A stretch of DNA of 64,000 bases from an uncultured Candidatus Rokubacteria bacterium (lineage in GTDB: Bacteria; Methylomirabilota; Methylomirabilia; Rokubacteriales; CSP1-6), in NCBI GenBank assembly GCA_963747235.1, contig CAVVEU010000024.1, positions 64,001 through 128,000 of the forward strand, written 5' to 3'. Position 1 is the stretch's first letter, and each line of letters opens with the position of its first letter. The position numbers and the translations under genes are program-made. Shown here piece after piece: positions 1-9,998 of the stretch. The notes beneath the pieces are model-generated. The model searched no databases and was not told the origin of the DNA. It saw only the letters and a list, made by a program, of their open reading frames with translations.

Positions 1-304
1 GTGCGCGAGCTGGCGGGGGGCGCCTTCCAGAACTTGCCGTCGTCGGAGGCGAGCTTCCTCTCGCCGGAGACGCCGCGCCGCACACCGAGCGCTACTACCA
101 GTCCACCACGACCAGCGCCCGCGACCGGGTCAAGCTGCTCAAGCTCGATCTGGGACTTCATCGGCACCGAGTACGGCGGGCCGCCAGCTCCAGTACGAGA
201 TGTTCTACTCGGCGGCCCAGCCGGTGGTGAATCGCCGGATGTTCCGCTCCTACGACTGGGCCGCCGCCAAGGCCATGGTCGATCGCCTGCTCTCGGAGTA
301 CTGA
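1..304 (+). CDS. C-terminal part of 4-hydroxyphenylacetate 3-hydroxylase (HpaB)-family flavin monooxygenase; 5' truncated, frameshifted
   Basis: Stitching frames gives VRELAGGAFQNLPSS..ERYYQS..RVKLLKLIWDFIGTEYGGRQLQYEMFY..MVDRLLSEY*, matching the HpaB C-terminal WD.IG.E.GGR motif. Confidence 0.75.
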   Translation, partial: CASWRGAPSRTCRRRRRASSRRRRRAAHRALLPVHHDQRPRPGQAAQARSGTSSAPSTAGRQLQYEMFYSAAQPVVNRRMFRSYDWAAAKAMVDRLLSEY

Positions 305-335
305 TCGGGCCTGCGCGGGATCGCCGCGGCCGGCC

Positions 336-1937
336 TCAGGCGACGCCGGCGGCGCGGCGACGGAGCACGCGGCCGGGGAGGGCGCCGGTGTGCTGCCCCG
401 CATCCACCGCCACGACCCCGTTCACGAGGACCGTCCCGATACCGCCCGCGTACTGGTGCGGGTCGTCGTACGTGGCGCGGTCGATGATGGTCGCGGGGTC
501 GAAGGTGGTGATGTCGGCCCAGTAGCCCTCGCGCAGGAGTCCGCGCTCCGCCAGTCCGAGGATCCGGGCCGGGGCGCCGGTCATCTTGTGCACCGCCTCG
601 GGGAGCGAGAGCAGGCCCAGATCCCGCGCGTAGTGGCCGAGCACCCGCGGGAACGTGCCGTAGAACCGCGGATGCGGGCGGCCCTGCCCGGCCACGCTGT
701 CCGGCGCGACCGCCCGGCCGTCGGAGCCGACCAGCACCGCGGGCGAGCGCAGGAGCGTCTGCACGTCGACCTCGTCGATGGAGCAGACGACCACGAAGGT
801 GGCGCCCGCGTCCGCCTCGAGGAGATCGCAGAGCAGATCGATCGGCTCCACGCCGGCGCGGCGCGCCAGCTCGGCGATGTTCCGCCCCGCGTCCGCCGAC
901 CGCGTCCGCGAGGTGCTGATGCTCACCGCATCCCACGAGGCGATGCGCCCGAAGCTGGTGAGGCCGCGCTCGTCGATCTCGCGCATGACGCGGCGGCGCA
1001 CGGCGGGGTCGCGGAGCCGGCCGAGCATCGCGGCGAGGCCGCCCTCCTGGACCCACAGCGGGAGCAGGTTGCGCAGCGGGTTGGCGGCGCAGGTATACGG
1101 GTAGGCGTCGCAGTCGACGCGCACGCCTCGCGCCCGGGCCGCGTCGATCAGGGCCAGCAGCTCCGCGGCCCGCCCGCGGTTCTCGAGGCCGGAGAGCTTC
1201 ATGTGGACGATCTGCACGTGCACGCCCGTTTTCTCGGAGGCCTCGATCGCCTCGCGCACCGCCTCGAAGACGCCGGCCGACTCGCTGCGGAGGTGCGTCG
1301 CGTACGTGCCGCCGTGCTCCCGCACCACGCCGAGCAGGGCGTGCAGCTCGCCCGGCTGGGCGAACGAGCCCGGCGCGGTGAAGAGCCCGGACGATATCCC
1401 GAGCGCGCCCGCGGCCAGTCCTTCCGCCACGAGCCGTCGCATCGTCGCCAGCTCGTCCGGGGTCGGCGCGCGATCGTCCATGCCGACCGTCATCAGGCGC
1501 AGTGTGTTGTGGCCGACCTGCATGATGGTGTTGACCGTCGTCGCGGGGAAGTTGTCCATGTACTCGGCGAACGTGGTCTCCCGCGTCTCGATCCAGGGCG
1601 CGAAGCCCGCCAGGTACTCCTGGAGGAGTCGCGCGCGGCCGGACACCACCGGCGCCAGCGAGAACCCGCAGTGGCCGACCACCTCGGTCGTCACGCCCTG
1701 CCGGATCTTGCTCTCGGCCCGCGGGGCGTACGGCAGGGTGAAGTCGGAGTGGGTCTTGATGTCGATGAACCCGGGCGCGACGATGAGTCCAATCGCGTCG
1801 ACCACGCGCCGGGCCGGGCCCGAGTGCTTCGGCGTGATGGCGGCGATCCGGCCGTCGCGCACCGCGAGGTCGGCGCGCACGGGCTCGGCACCCGTGCCGT
1901 CCAGGATCATGCCGCCACGGATGACGAGATCGTCCAT
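336..1937 (-). CDS. N-acyl-D-amino-acid deacylase (D-aminoacylase, amidohydrolase superfamily)
   Basis: MDDLVIRGGMILDGTG, PGFIDIKTHSD, GHCGFS, THLRSE, GSDG, HPRFYGTFPRVLG motifs. Confidence 0.9.
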   Translation of the reverse strand: MDDLVIRGGMILDGTGAEPVRADLAVRDGRIAAITPKHSGPARRVVDAIGLIVAPGFIDIKTHSDFTLPYAPRAESKIRQGVTTEVVGHCGFSLAPVVSGRARLLQEYLAGFAPWIETRETTFAEYMDNFPATTVNTIMQVGHNTLRLMTVGMDDRAPTPDELATMRRLVAEGLAAGALGISSGLFTAPGSFAQPGELHALLGVVREHGGTYATHLRSESAGVFEAVREAIEASEKTGVHVQIVHMKLSGLENRGRAAELLALIDAARARGVRVDCDAYPYTCAANPLRNLLPLWVQEGGLAAMLGRLRDPAVRRRVMREIDERGLTSFGRIASWDAVSISTSRTRSADAGRNIAELARRAGVEPIDLLCDLLEADAGATFVVVCSIDEVDVQTLLRSPAVLVGSDGRAVAPDSVAGQGRPHPRFYGTFPRVLGHYARDLGLLSLPEAVHKMTGAPARILGLAERGLLREGYWADITTFDPATIIDRATYDDPHQYAGGIGTVLVNGVVAVDAGQHTGALPGRVLRRRAAGVA

Positions 1938-2014
1938 GCTCGAGGGGACGCGCTGAAGGGAGTGTACCAAGACCTGCTCCCGAGGGGCAAAGGTTCCGCG
2001 CTTCAGGAGAGGAG

Positions 2015-2344
2015 CTACTTCTTCGTAGGCGGTGGGGGTGGTGGCGGTGGTGGGACCTTCGTTTTTGGTGGTGGCCAAGTCCCGGCCAGACGCAGTCTCT
2101 TCTTGGCGTACCGGCGCACGGCCGCAAGAGGGATGAATCCGGTTGGGGCGCCTTGGAGCACGGTATCTCGCATGGCAATCTTGCGCAGGATAGATGCGGG
2201 TACCCGCAGGCGCTTGGCTGCTTCAGTGATTCTCACGCAGGGTTCGCCTTGGCGGTTGTGGCGAACAAGACCCCAGAAAGGGTGGGCCTTCTTCGTGAGG
2301 CGACCGGACCGCGGTGCCAGAATGCGGCGCTTGAGCACAGTCAT
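2015..2344 (-). CDS. Small basic hypothetical protein with possible HTH and C-terminal polyproline tail
   Basis: 109 aa; ITEAAKRLRVPASILRK resembles a MerR/excisionase HTH; ends WPPPKTKVPPPPPPPPPTKK; its ATG overlaps the upstream TGA (ATGA). Confidence 0.5.
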   Translation of the reverse strand: MTVLKRRILAPRSGRLTKKAHPFWGLVRHNRQGEPCVRITEAAKRLRVPASILRKIAMRDTVLQGAPTGFIPLAAVRRYAKKRLRLAGTWPPPKTKVPPPPPPPPPTKK

Positions 2345-2448
2345 GTGTTGGCTCTCTTCGGCAGCGGGGGAGGCGGCGGGGGCGGCGGGGGCGGGGGCGG
2401 AGTCGGTCGCGCCGGCGGGGGCCAGTCCCGCTTGTCAGTAGGGCGCGG
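2341..2448 (-). CDS. Short polyproline peptide (start uncertain)
   Basis: Reads PRPTDKRDWPPPARPTPPPPPPPPPPPPLPKRANT*; mixed Pro codons; stop coupled to next ATG; no canonical start nearby. Confidence 0.35.
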   Translation of the reverse strand, partial: PRPTDKRDWPPPARPTPPPPPPPPPPPPLPKRANT

Positions 2449-2453
2449 ATCTA

Positions 2454-2959
2454 CTAGGCGGGCGCCGGCAAGCCGTGGAGCTCGTGAACCTTGGCCTGCC
2501 AGCGCAGCATACGCCGAGGCTGATAACGAAATGTGGCGCCTGTTTTGGAGAGCTCCGCTCCCGGGCATCCAATGCGGTCAGACGAGTCGGAGCGTCCTCG
2601 GCGTACATGTCTTCCCACAGTCGCTCGTACTCGCCCGCAAGGACGTTCCAGCGGAAGTGCAAGTCTGCGCTGGCTGTCGCCTGGACCTGGAACTGCATAA
2701 CGAGGCCGTACAGGCTCAGGGCGGCGGTAAGGAGGGCCAGCGTGGGCGCGACCCAGGCCAGCTCGTTCGGCAACCGGACCAAGATGGTAAGAGCGGCACC
2801 CGACGATGAAACGAGCGTAGCCCATGTGGCGCCGCGCTGACGAGCCTGGTATGAGCCGGCCAAGTCGGCGAAGTAGTACGCACGCATCTCCGCCGTGAGC
2901 CATCCCTCCCACGTTCGTTTCTGCTGATTCTCGTTCAGCCTGATGACTAGCTCGGCCAT
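2454..2959 (-). CDS. SLATT-like two-transmembrane protein (frameshift ~2562)
   Basis: AEMRAYYFADLAGSY, two hydrophobic helices, then ADLHFRWNVLAGEYERLW; continues in the next frame as GAELSKTGATFRYQPRRMLRWQ; purine-rich RBS. Confidence 0.6.
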
Positions 2960-3201
2960 GCTTTCGTCCCCCTACTCGGAATATCATGCCATACCTCGCG
3001 AGCCCCTTCATCACATGATCGTCGCTGGTGTCTTCAACGGGTCTTTCCACAATCGCACTGGCCCCTCCTGCAAGGCCACCCACGGTATTGGATGTCTGGG
3101 ACGAGTCAATGGCAAAGTGTCCCTACTGCGTAGGTTCGGTTTCCGGGCTTGGGTCGCGAGAAACGGGCCCGTGTTCCGGAGTGACCGGAGCGGCGCGAGT
3201 G

Positions 3202-4351
3202 CTAAGGACGGAACGCGGGCATGACCTCCCGCGCGAAGCGGGTGAGCTGCTCGACCATGAGGTCGCGCGGCGTGCCGATCGCCCAGCCGATCATGACGTG
3301 GTCCAGCCCCGGGTAGCGCCGCTCCACGTCCTTCAGATAGGCCACGATGTCGCCGGACGGGCCGCAGAGCCACGAGCGGTTGCGCACGCCGTTTTCCAGG
3401 GTGGCCGCGGTCGGCGATTGCGGCTGCCGCGCGGCCACCGCGCGCACGTGCTCCTCGCTGTAGCGCAGCATGCCCAGCGGGGCCATGACCTTGGCGTGCT
3501 CCTCGAAGTACGGGCGCGCGCGCTCGATGGCCCGCTCCACCGTGTCGTCGATGCACATGCGGAAGCCGAGGATCAGCTCCTCGCCGAGCTGGAGCTCCCG
3601 GCCGTGGCGGCGCGCGGTCTCCTGGTAGTCGCGGACCCAGCGCTGGACCAGCTCCTCGGCGGTGGCGGAGATGACGCCCTTGATGCGGTGTCGGGCCATG
3701 AAGTCGAGGCCCCGCGCGCTGCCGCTCACGATGGGCTGCCAGACCTCGACGGGCTGGGTCCGGGGACGCGGCACCAGGGTGATCTCCTTCAGCGGATAGC
3801 CGCGATAGGGGACCTCGGGCGGGAGGGTGTAGTGCTTCCCCCGGTGCGAGAACGACTCCTCGCGAAACGCCTTGAGGATGATCTCCACCTGCTCCTCGAA
3901 GAGCTCGCGGTTGGCCTCGGCGTCCAGCATCGGGTTGCCGAGCGTCTCGACCTCGCGGGTGTGGTACCCGCGCCCGACGCCGAACACGACCCGGCCCCTG
4001 GTCAGGATGTCCGCGACCGCGTAAGTCCTCGGCGAGACGCAGGGGATGCCACGCGGGGACGACGTTGAAGGCGCAGCCGATCTTCACGCGCTGGGTGCGG
4101 TGGGCCAGGTCCACCGCCAGCATGGGGATGCTCGGGATGCACTCGTACCCCTCGTGCTGGAAGTGATGCTCGGCCAGCCACAGGGTCTCGTACCCGAGCG
4201 TGTCGGCGGCGCGGGCCAGGGCCGCCGCGGTGTCGAACGTCTCGGCGAGGCGCTCGTTGGCATAGCGCCGGTCGTCGGCGGGCACGCCCGCGAGGCCGCA
4301 TTGCTCCAGCTCGATGTGGCCGACGTAGAGGGTCGAGAAGCGCGTGATCAC
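3202..4351 (-). CDS. Luciferase-like (LLM class) flavin-dependent oxidoreductase (frameshift ~4022)
   Basis: WLAEHHFQ, WHPLRLAED/YAVADILTRGRVVFGVGRGY, FAREVMPAF. Confidence 0.9.
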
Positions 4352-4361
4352 CGCGGACGCC

Positions 4362-5180
4362 TCAGTAGTACACCGACCGCCCGGCGCCGCCCGTCGCCAC
4401 GATGAGCTCGCCCGAGATCGCCCAGGCCTTGTCGGAGGCGAGGAACGCGGTGACGTAGGCGATCTCCGTCGCGTCCACCATCCTGCAGATGGCGTTGCCG
4501 CGCGGCGAGTCCGGCGCGAAGTCGGCCTTCTCCACCGCGGCGGCGTCCACGCCCAGCTCCCGGGCGCGGGCGGCGAGGAGGCGCGGGGTGCGCTCCGTGC
4601 GCGTGATGCCGGGATGGACGCAGTTGACGGTGATGCCGAAGCGGCCGACCTGCACGGCCAGCGTCTTGCTGAGGTGCACGAGGGAGGTGTTGCGCGCTCC
4701 GCCGCTCAGGTTGCCCGCGTTCCGCGCGTTGGTCCCGCTGATGTTGATGATGCGCCCCCATCCCTGCTCCTTCATGAACGGGATGGCGGCGCGGGCGCAG
4801 CGGAGCGCGCCCACGTACTTCACGTTGAAGTCCTGGAGCAGGTCCTCGTCCACGATGGTCTCGATGGGGCCGGTGGCGGTGGCGGAGCCGCCCGGCGCGG
4901 AGCCGCTGTTCACCAGGATGTGCAGCCCGCCGAGCTGCGCCGCGGCCTGGACGACCATGGCGTCCACCTGCGCCCGGCTCGTCACGTCGGCGACCAGCGG
5001 GATGACGCGGCGCCCGGTCTCGGCGGCCAGCTCGCGCGCCGCCGCCTCGAGCGTGTCCTTCGTGCGCGCCACGATGGCGACGTCGGCCCCTTCGCGGGCC
5101 AGCTCTCGCGCGATCGCCTTGCCGATGCCGAGGCTGCCGCCGGTGACGATCGCGCGCTTGCCTTCGAGTCCGAGGTCCAT
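4362..5180 (-). CDS. SDR family oxidoreductase
   Basis: MDLGLEGKRAIVTGGSLGIG, ILVNSG, GITVNCVHPG. Confidence 0.9.
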   Translation of the reverse strand: MDLGLEGKRAIVTGGSLGIGKAIARELAREGADVAIVARTKDTLEAAARELAAETGRRVIPLVADVTSRAQVDAMVVQAAAQLGGLHILVNSGSAPGGSATATGPIETIVDEDLLQDFNVKYVGALRCARAAIPFMKEQGWGRIINISGTNARNAGNLSGGARNTSLVHLSKTLAVQVGRFGITVNCVHPGITRTERTPRLLAARARELGVDAAAVEKADFAPDSPRGNAICRMVDATEIAYVTAFLASDKAWAISGELIVATGGAGRSVYY

Positions 5181-5287
5181 CGGGTGTCCTCCTGGCGCCC
5201 AGCCGGGGTCGATGCAGCCCACAACGCTACCTAAAGACGCGCCGACGAACAAGCGGCTCTGATATGGTTGGGCCGGTGAGGAAACCG

Positions 5288-6553
5288 ATGACCCTCGACA
5301 CGAGCTGCGACACCCTCGTCGTGCTCGGCCCGCACACGCGCGACGGGCACACGCTGTTCGCCAAGAACAGCGACCGGCCGCCCGACGAGTGCCAGCCGCT
5401 CTTCCGCGCGCCTCGGCTCGCGCATGAGGCGACGAGCCGGCTGCGCTGCCAGTACGTCACGATTCCGCAGGTGGCGGAGACGCTCGCGGTGCTCGGGAGC
5501 CGGCCGTGGTGGCTCTGGGGCTTCGAGCACGGGGTCAACGAGCGCCGCGTGGTGATCGGCAACGAGGCGCTGCACACGCGCGAGGAGCTGGAGGCGACGG
5601 GCCTCCTCGGCATGGACCTCGTGCGGCTCGGCCTCGAGCGCGGCGGCACCGCGGCCGAGGCGAAGCGGGTCATCACGGGGCTGCTCGAGCGTCACGGCCA
5701 GGGCGGCAACGCGAGCCACCGGGAGGCCCGGCGGTACAACAACTCGTTCATCATCGCCGATCCCATCGAGGCGTGGGTGCTCGAGACCTCCGGGCGCCAC
5801 TGGGTGGCGCGCCGCGTCCGTGATCGCGCCGCGATCTCGAACTGCGCCACCATCGAGGACGACTGGGACGAGGCGTCGGCCGGCATCGAGGCCTATGCGC
5901 GCGCCCGCGGCTGGTGGTCGGAAGGCGCGGGCCGCCGCCTGAATTTCCGGCAGGCGTTCGAGAACCCGGCGCCGCGCTACCGGGCGGAGGCGCGCCTCGA
6001 CGCGAGCTGCCGCTTCCTGGCCGAGTCCGCGGCGCCCACGGTGGCGAGCATGATGCGCCACCTCCGTGATCATCACGAAGGCGGCACGATTCCCGTGCGC
6101 GGCCGGAAAGACGGCGATCCCCTCGGCTGGTCGGTGTGCATGCATCCCGAGCCCGGGGTCTCGGCGACGGCCGCGAGCCTGGTGGCCGAGCTGCCACGGG
6201 ATCAGGCCGTGCCCGTCGCGCTCTGGTGTAGCCAGGGCACGCCCTGCACGAGCGTGTTCCTGCCGGTCGGGATGGACGCGCCGCTGCCCGCCGCGCTGGC
6301 CGCCGGGGGCGGCGAGCCCGATCCGGTGTCGTCGTGGTGGTCGCAGAAGGCGCTGGGCGATGCGCTCATGGCGGATCCCGCCCGGCTGATTCCGCCGGTG
6401 CAGCGCGCGTGGTCCGCGTGGGAGCGGGAGCTCGAATCGGAGGCCGCCTCCGATCGCGCGGGCGCGGGACGACGGCTCGAGGCGCGCGTCGCGAGCATGC
6501 TCGAGCGCAGCCGCGCGCTTCGCGCGGACGTGGACGCCGGCCGCGGCTATTGA
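5288..6553 (+). CDS. C69 family dipeptidase / secernin-like Ntn-hydrolase
   Basis: SCDTLVV..LFAKNSDRP, WGFEHGVNE..IGNEA, GLLGMDLVRLGLER. Confidence 0.88.
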   Translation: MTLDTSCDTLVVLGPHTRDGHTLFAKNSDRPPDECQPLFRAPRLAHEATSRLRCQYVTIPQVAETLAVLGSRPWWLWGFEHGVNERRVVIGNEALHTREELEATGLLGMDLVRLGLERGGTAAEAKRVITGLLERHGQGGNASHREARRYNNSFIIADPIEAWVLETSGRHWVARRVRDRAAISNCATIEDDWDEASAGIEAYARARGWWSEGAGRRLNFRQAFENPAPRYRAEARLDASCRFLAESAAPTVASMMRHLRDHHEGGTIPVRGRKDGDPLGWSVCMHPEPGVSATAASLVAELPRDQAVPVALWCSQGTPCTSVFLPVGMDAPLPAALAAGGGEPDPVSSWWSQKALGDALMADPARLIPPVQRAWSAWERELESEAASDRAGAGRRLEARVASMLERSRALRADVDAGRGY

Positions 6554-6632
6554 CCGGGTCGCGGGAATCGGGGTATCGTCCCGCCAGCATCGCTCGATGG
6601 CCGCCCCTCCTCTCACGCTCAAGGACAACGGC

Positions 6633-8189
6633 ATGAAGACCAGGCTCTCGACGCTCGTCTCGCTTCTCATCTCTGGCCTTCATCCTGTTGCCGGCCGTCG
6701 TGCCCGCCGGATGCGGCCGCGCAGGCCGCGCCCAAGCAGGGCGGGACGCTGCGCGTGGCGCTCACCGGCGAGCCGCCCACCATCGACGTGCACCAGACCG
6801 GCGCGACGCTCGTGCTCAACATCGCGTGGCACATGGTCGAGGGGCTCTTCACGCTCGACAAGAGCTTCTCGGTCATTCCCATGCTGGCCGAGGGATACCA
6901 GGTCAGCGGCGACCGGCTCACCTATACCGTGAAGCTCCGCAAGGGCGTGCCGTTCCACAACGGCCAGGAGATGACGGCCGACGACGTGGTGGCCTCGCTG
7001 CAGCGCTGGGGCCGGCTCGCCGCCACCGGCAAGGCGCTCTTCGCCAACGTCGAGTCGGTCACCGCCAAGGACAAGTACACCGTCGAGCTCCGGACCAAGG
7101 AGATCTCCGGCGTGGTGCTCGCCTCCCTGGCCAACCCGAACCAGATGGCCGCGATCTACCCGAAGGCGCTGATCGACGCCGGCGGCGACAAGCCGATCCG
7201 CGACGTGGTGGGGACCGGCCCGTTCCAGCTCAAGGAATGGGCGCCCGATCGGCACATCCGCATGACGCGCTTCGAGAAGTACGCGGCGCTGCCGGGCGCG
7301 CCCAACGGCTACGGCGGGCGCAAGGTGGCGTACCTGGACGAGGTGGTGTTCGTGCCGTCGTCGGAGCCCGCCTCGCGCGTGCTCGGCGTGGAGGCCGGCG
7401 ACTTCGACCTCGCGGACTGGATCCCGTCGGACTCCTACGAGCGCCTCGTCAAGGTCCCGAAGGTCAAGACGCTCGCGGTGAAGCCGAAGGAGTGGATCGT
7501 GGCGCCGTTCAACACGACGACCGGTCGCCTCTTCGCCAAGCGCGAGCTGCGGCAGGCCGCGCAGGCCGCCATCGACAGCGAGAAGGTGATGCAGGCCGCC
7601 ATCGGCCGGCCCGACTTCTATCGCCTGAGCCCGGGCCTGCTCTTCCCCGAGCAGGTGTGGTTCTCGACCGCGGGCAAGGAGCTCTACAACCAGAAGAACC
7701 CGGCCAAGGCGCGCGAGCTGCTCAAGAAGAGCCGGCTACGCGGGCGAGGAGATCCGCTGGCTCACGACCAAGGAGTACGAGTGGATGTATCGCTCCTCCC
7801 TGGCCGCGACCCAGCAGCTCCAGGACGTCGGCTTCAAGATCAAGCTGGACGTCGTGGACTGGGGCACGCTGCTCAAGAACCGCAAGGAGTACGACGTCTT
7901 CGTGACCGGGCTGGTGGTCTACACCGACCCGACCCAGGTCCACGCGCTGAACTGCTCCTGGCTCGGCTGGTACTGCGAGGAGCGGCACATGGCGATGATG
8001 AAGGAGCTCGCGGGCACGACCGAGTTCAAGGCCCGCAAGGCGCTCTTCGACAAGATCCAGGCGCACTTCTACGAGGAGGCGCCCGCCCTGAAGTTCGGGG
8101 ACCTCTTCTCCCTGCGCATCCACCGCGACACGGTCCAGGGCTTCGCCAACATGCCGGAGCTCTTCGTCTGGAACGTGTCGAAGCTCTAG
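6633..8189 (+). CDS. Peptide/nickel ABC transporter substrate-binding protein, family 5 (frameshifts ~6680-6720 and ~7732)
   Basis: Signal peptide; GGTLRVAL, YTVKLRKGVPFHNG..MTADDVVASLQRW, VGTGPFQL. Confidence 0.88.
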
Positions 8190-8208
8190 GGGCGCCGCCC
8201 CGGGGCTG

Positions 8209-9153
8209 ATGCTCCGCTACGCGCTGGGACGGCTCGCCGCGCTCGTCCCGGTGTGGCTCGTGGTGTCGCTGGTGGTGTTCCTGCTCATCCACCTCATCCC
8301 GGGCGATGCCGCCCGGGTGATGGTGGGCGGAGACGGGACGGAGGCGGACGTCCAGGCCATGCGCGAGCGGCTCGGCCTCAACCAGCCGCTCGCGGCGCAG
8401 TACCTGAGCTGGCTCGGGCGCGCGCTGCGGGGCGACCTCGGCCAGTCCATCTTCCTCGGCCGCTCCGTCACGCAGGCGATCGCCGAGCGGCTGGAGCCGA
8501 CCATCAGCCTCACCGCCTGGGCCACGCTCTTCGCGGTGCTGATCGGCCTGCCGGTCGGGATCCTCAGCGCGATGCGGGCGGGCCGCGCGAGCGACCAGCT
8601 CCTGATGAGCCTGGCCTTCCTGCTGCAATCGCTGCCCAGCTTCTGGACGGGCCTGACCCTCATCGTGGTCTTCAGCGTGACGTGGAACCTGCTGCCGTCC
8701 ACCGGCTATGCGTCCTTCTCGGCGAGCCCGTCCCGGCACCTGCAGCACCTGGCGCTGCCCGCCATCGCGCTCGGGATCGGGCAGGCCGCGCTCATCGCGC
8801 GCATGGCGCGCTCGTCGCTGCTCGAGGTGCTCGGGCAGGACTACGTGCGCACCGCCGAGGCCAAGGGCCTCGGGTGGCCCGCGGTGGTGACGAAGCACGC
8901 GCTCCGCAACGCGCTGATCCCGGTGGTCACGGTGGTGGGCCTGAGCTTCGCGGTGCTGCTGGCCGGCGCGATCGTGATCGAGACCGTGTTCAACCTGCCG
9001 GGGGTGGGCCGGCTCGTCATGCAGTCCATCCTCCGGCGCGACTATCCGGTGATCCAGGGCGTCCTGCTCTTCATCACCACCACGTACGTCCTCGTGAACC
9101 TCGCGGTCGATCTCGTGTACGGGGTGATCGACCCGCGCGTCCGCCACCGGTGA
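8209..9153 (+). CDS. Peptide ABC transporter permease (DppB/OppB-like)
   Basis: IPGDAA, GDLGQS, DYVRTAEAKGL..KHALRNALIP, RDYPVIQG. Confidence 0.92.
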   Translation: MLRYALGRLAALVPVWLVVSLVVFLLIHLIPGDAARVMVGGDGTEADVQAMRERLGLNQPLAAQYLSWLGRALRGDLGQSIFLGRSVTQAIAERLEPTISLTAWATLFAVLIGLPVGILSAMRAGRASDQLLMSLAFLLQSLPSFWTGLTLIVVFSVTWNLLPSTGYASFSASPSRHLQHLALPAIALGIGQAALIARMARSSLLEVLGQDYVRTAEAKGLGWPAVVTKHALRNALIPVVTVVGLSFAVLLAGAIVIETVFNLPGVGRLVMQSILRRDYPVIQGVLLFITTTYVLVNLAVDLVYGVIDPRVRHR

Positions 9154-9980
9154 GCCGCGTGCCCCGCCTCCTCGGCCGGCGCCTGACCCTCGTGCTGGGC
9201 GGGGTGCTCACCGGCGTCGTCGTGTTCATGGCGATCGGCGCGCCGTGGCTGACCGCCGAGGATCCGAACCGCGTGAACGCGGTCCAGCGCCTGCAGGCGC
9301 CGGGAGCCGGCCGCGGCCTGGGATCCGACGACCTCGGCCGGCCGCTCTGGAGCCGCGTCGTCTACGGCGCGCGCCTCTCGCTGACCATCGGCCTGTCCGT
9401 GATGGTGGGCGTGACGCTCGTGGGCAGCGGGCTCGGCCTCGCGGCCGGGTTCTTTCCGCGGGTCGATCGCGTGGTGATGCGGGTGATGGACGGGCTCATG
9501 GCGTTTCCCGACGTGCTGCTCGCCATCGGGCTCATGGCGGTGCTCGGGCCGCGGGTGAGCAACGTCATCGTGGCGCTCGTGGTGGTCTACACGCCGCGCA
9601 TGGCCCGCGTGGTGCGCTCGGTGGCGCTGGTCACCGGCGAGACCGTCTACGTGGATGCCGCGCGCGCCCTCGGCGCCTCCGACGCGCGCCTGCTGTGGCG
9701 CCACGTCCTGCCCAACTGCCTGAGCCCCGCGGTGGTGCAGGCGACCTTCACGTTCGCCCTCGCGGTCCTGACCGAGGCGGCGCTCGGCTTTCTCGGGGTG
9801 GGCGCGCCGCCGCAGCTCGCGAGCTGGGGGACGATCATCAGCGAGGGGCGCCTGCTCGTCCGCGAGGCGCCGTGGCTCACCATCGTCCCGGGCCTCGCCA
9901 TCGTGGTGACCGTGGTGGGCCTGAACCTCACCGGCGACGGGCTCCGCGACTACCTGGACCCGCGCCAGCCCGCGAGCTGA
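9150..9980 (+). CDS. Peptide ABC transporter permease (DppC/OppC-like)
   Basis: LGSDDLGR..GARLSL, YVDAARALGA..RHVLPN, GDGLRDYLDPR. Confidence 0.92.
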   Translation: MSRVPRLLGRRLTLVLGGVLTGVVVFMAIGAPWLTAEDPNRVNAVQRLQAPGAGRGLGSDDLGRPLWSRVVYGARLSLTIGLSVMVGVTLVGSGLGLAAGFFPRVDRVVMRVMDGLMAFPDVLLAIGLMAVLGPRVSNVIVALVVVYTPRMARVVRSVALVTGETVYVDAARALGASDARLLWRHVLPNCLSPAVVQATFTFALAVLTEAALGFLGVGAPPQLASWGTIISEGRLLVREAPWLTIVPGLAIVVTVVGLNLTGDGLRDYLDPRQPAS

Positions 9981-9998
9981 GGGGCCCCGCGGCGCGCG

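Noticed and set aside
3109-3200. MAKCPYC zinc-ribbon-like start on the + strand
   Set aside because: No second CxxC, and it runs antisense into the LLM gene; likely chance
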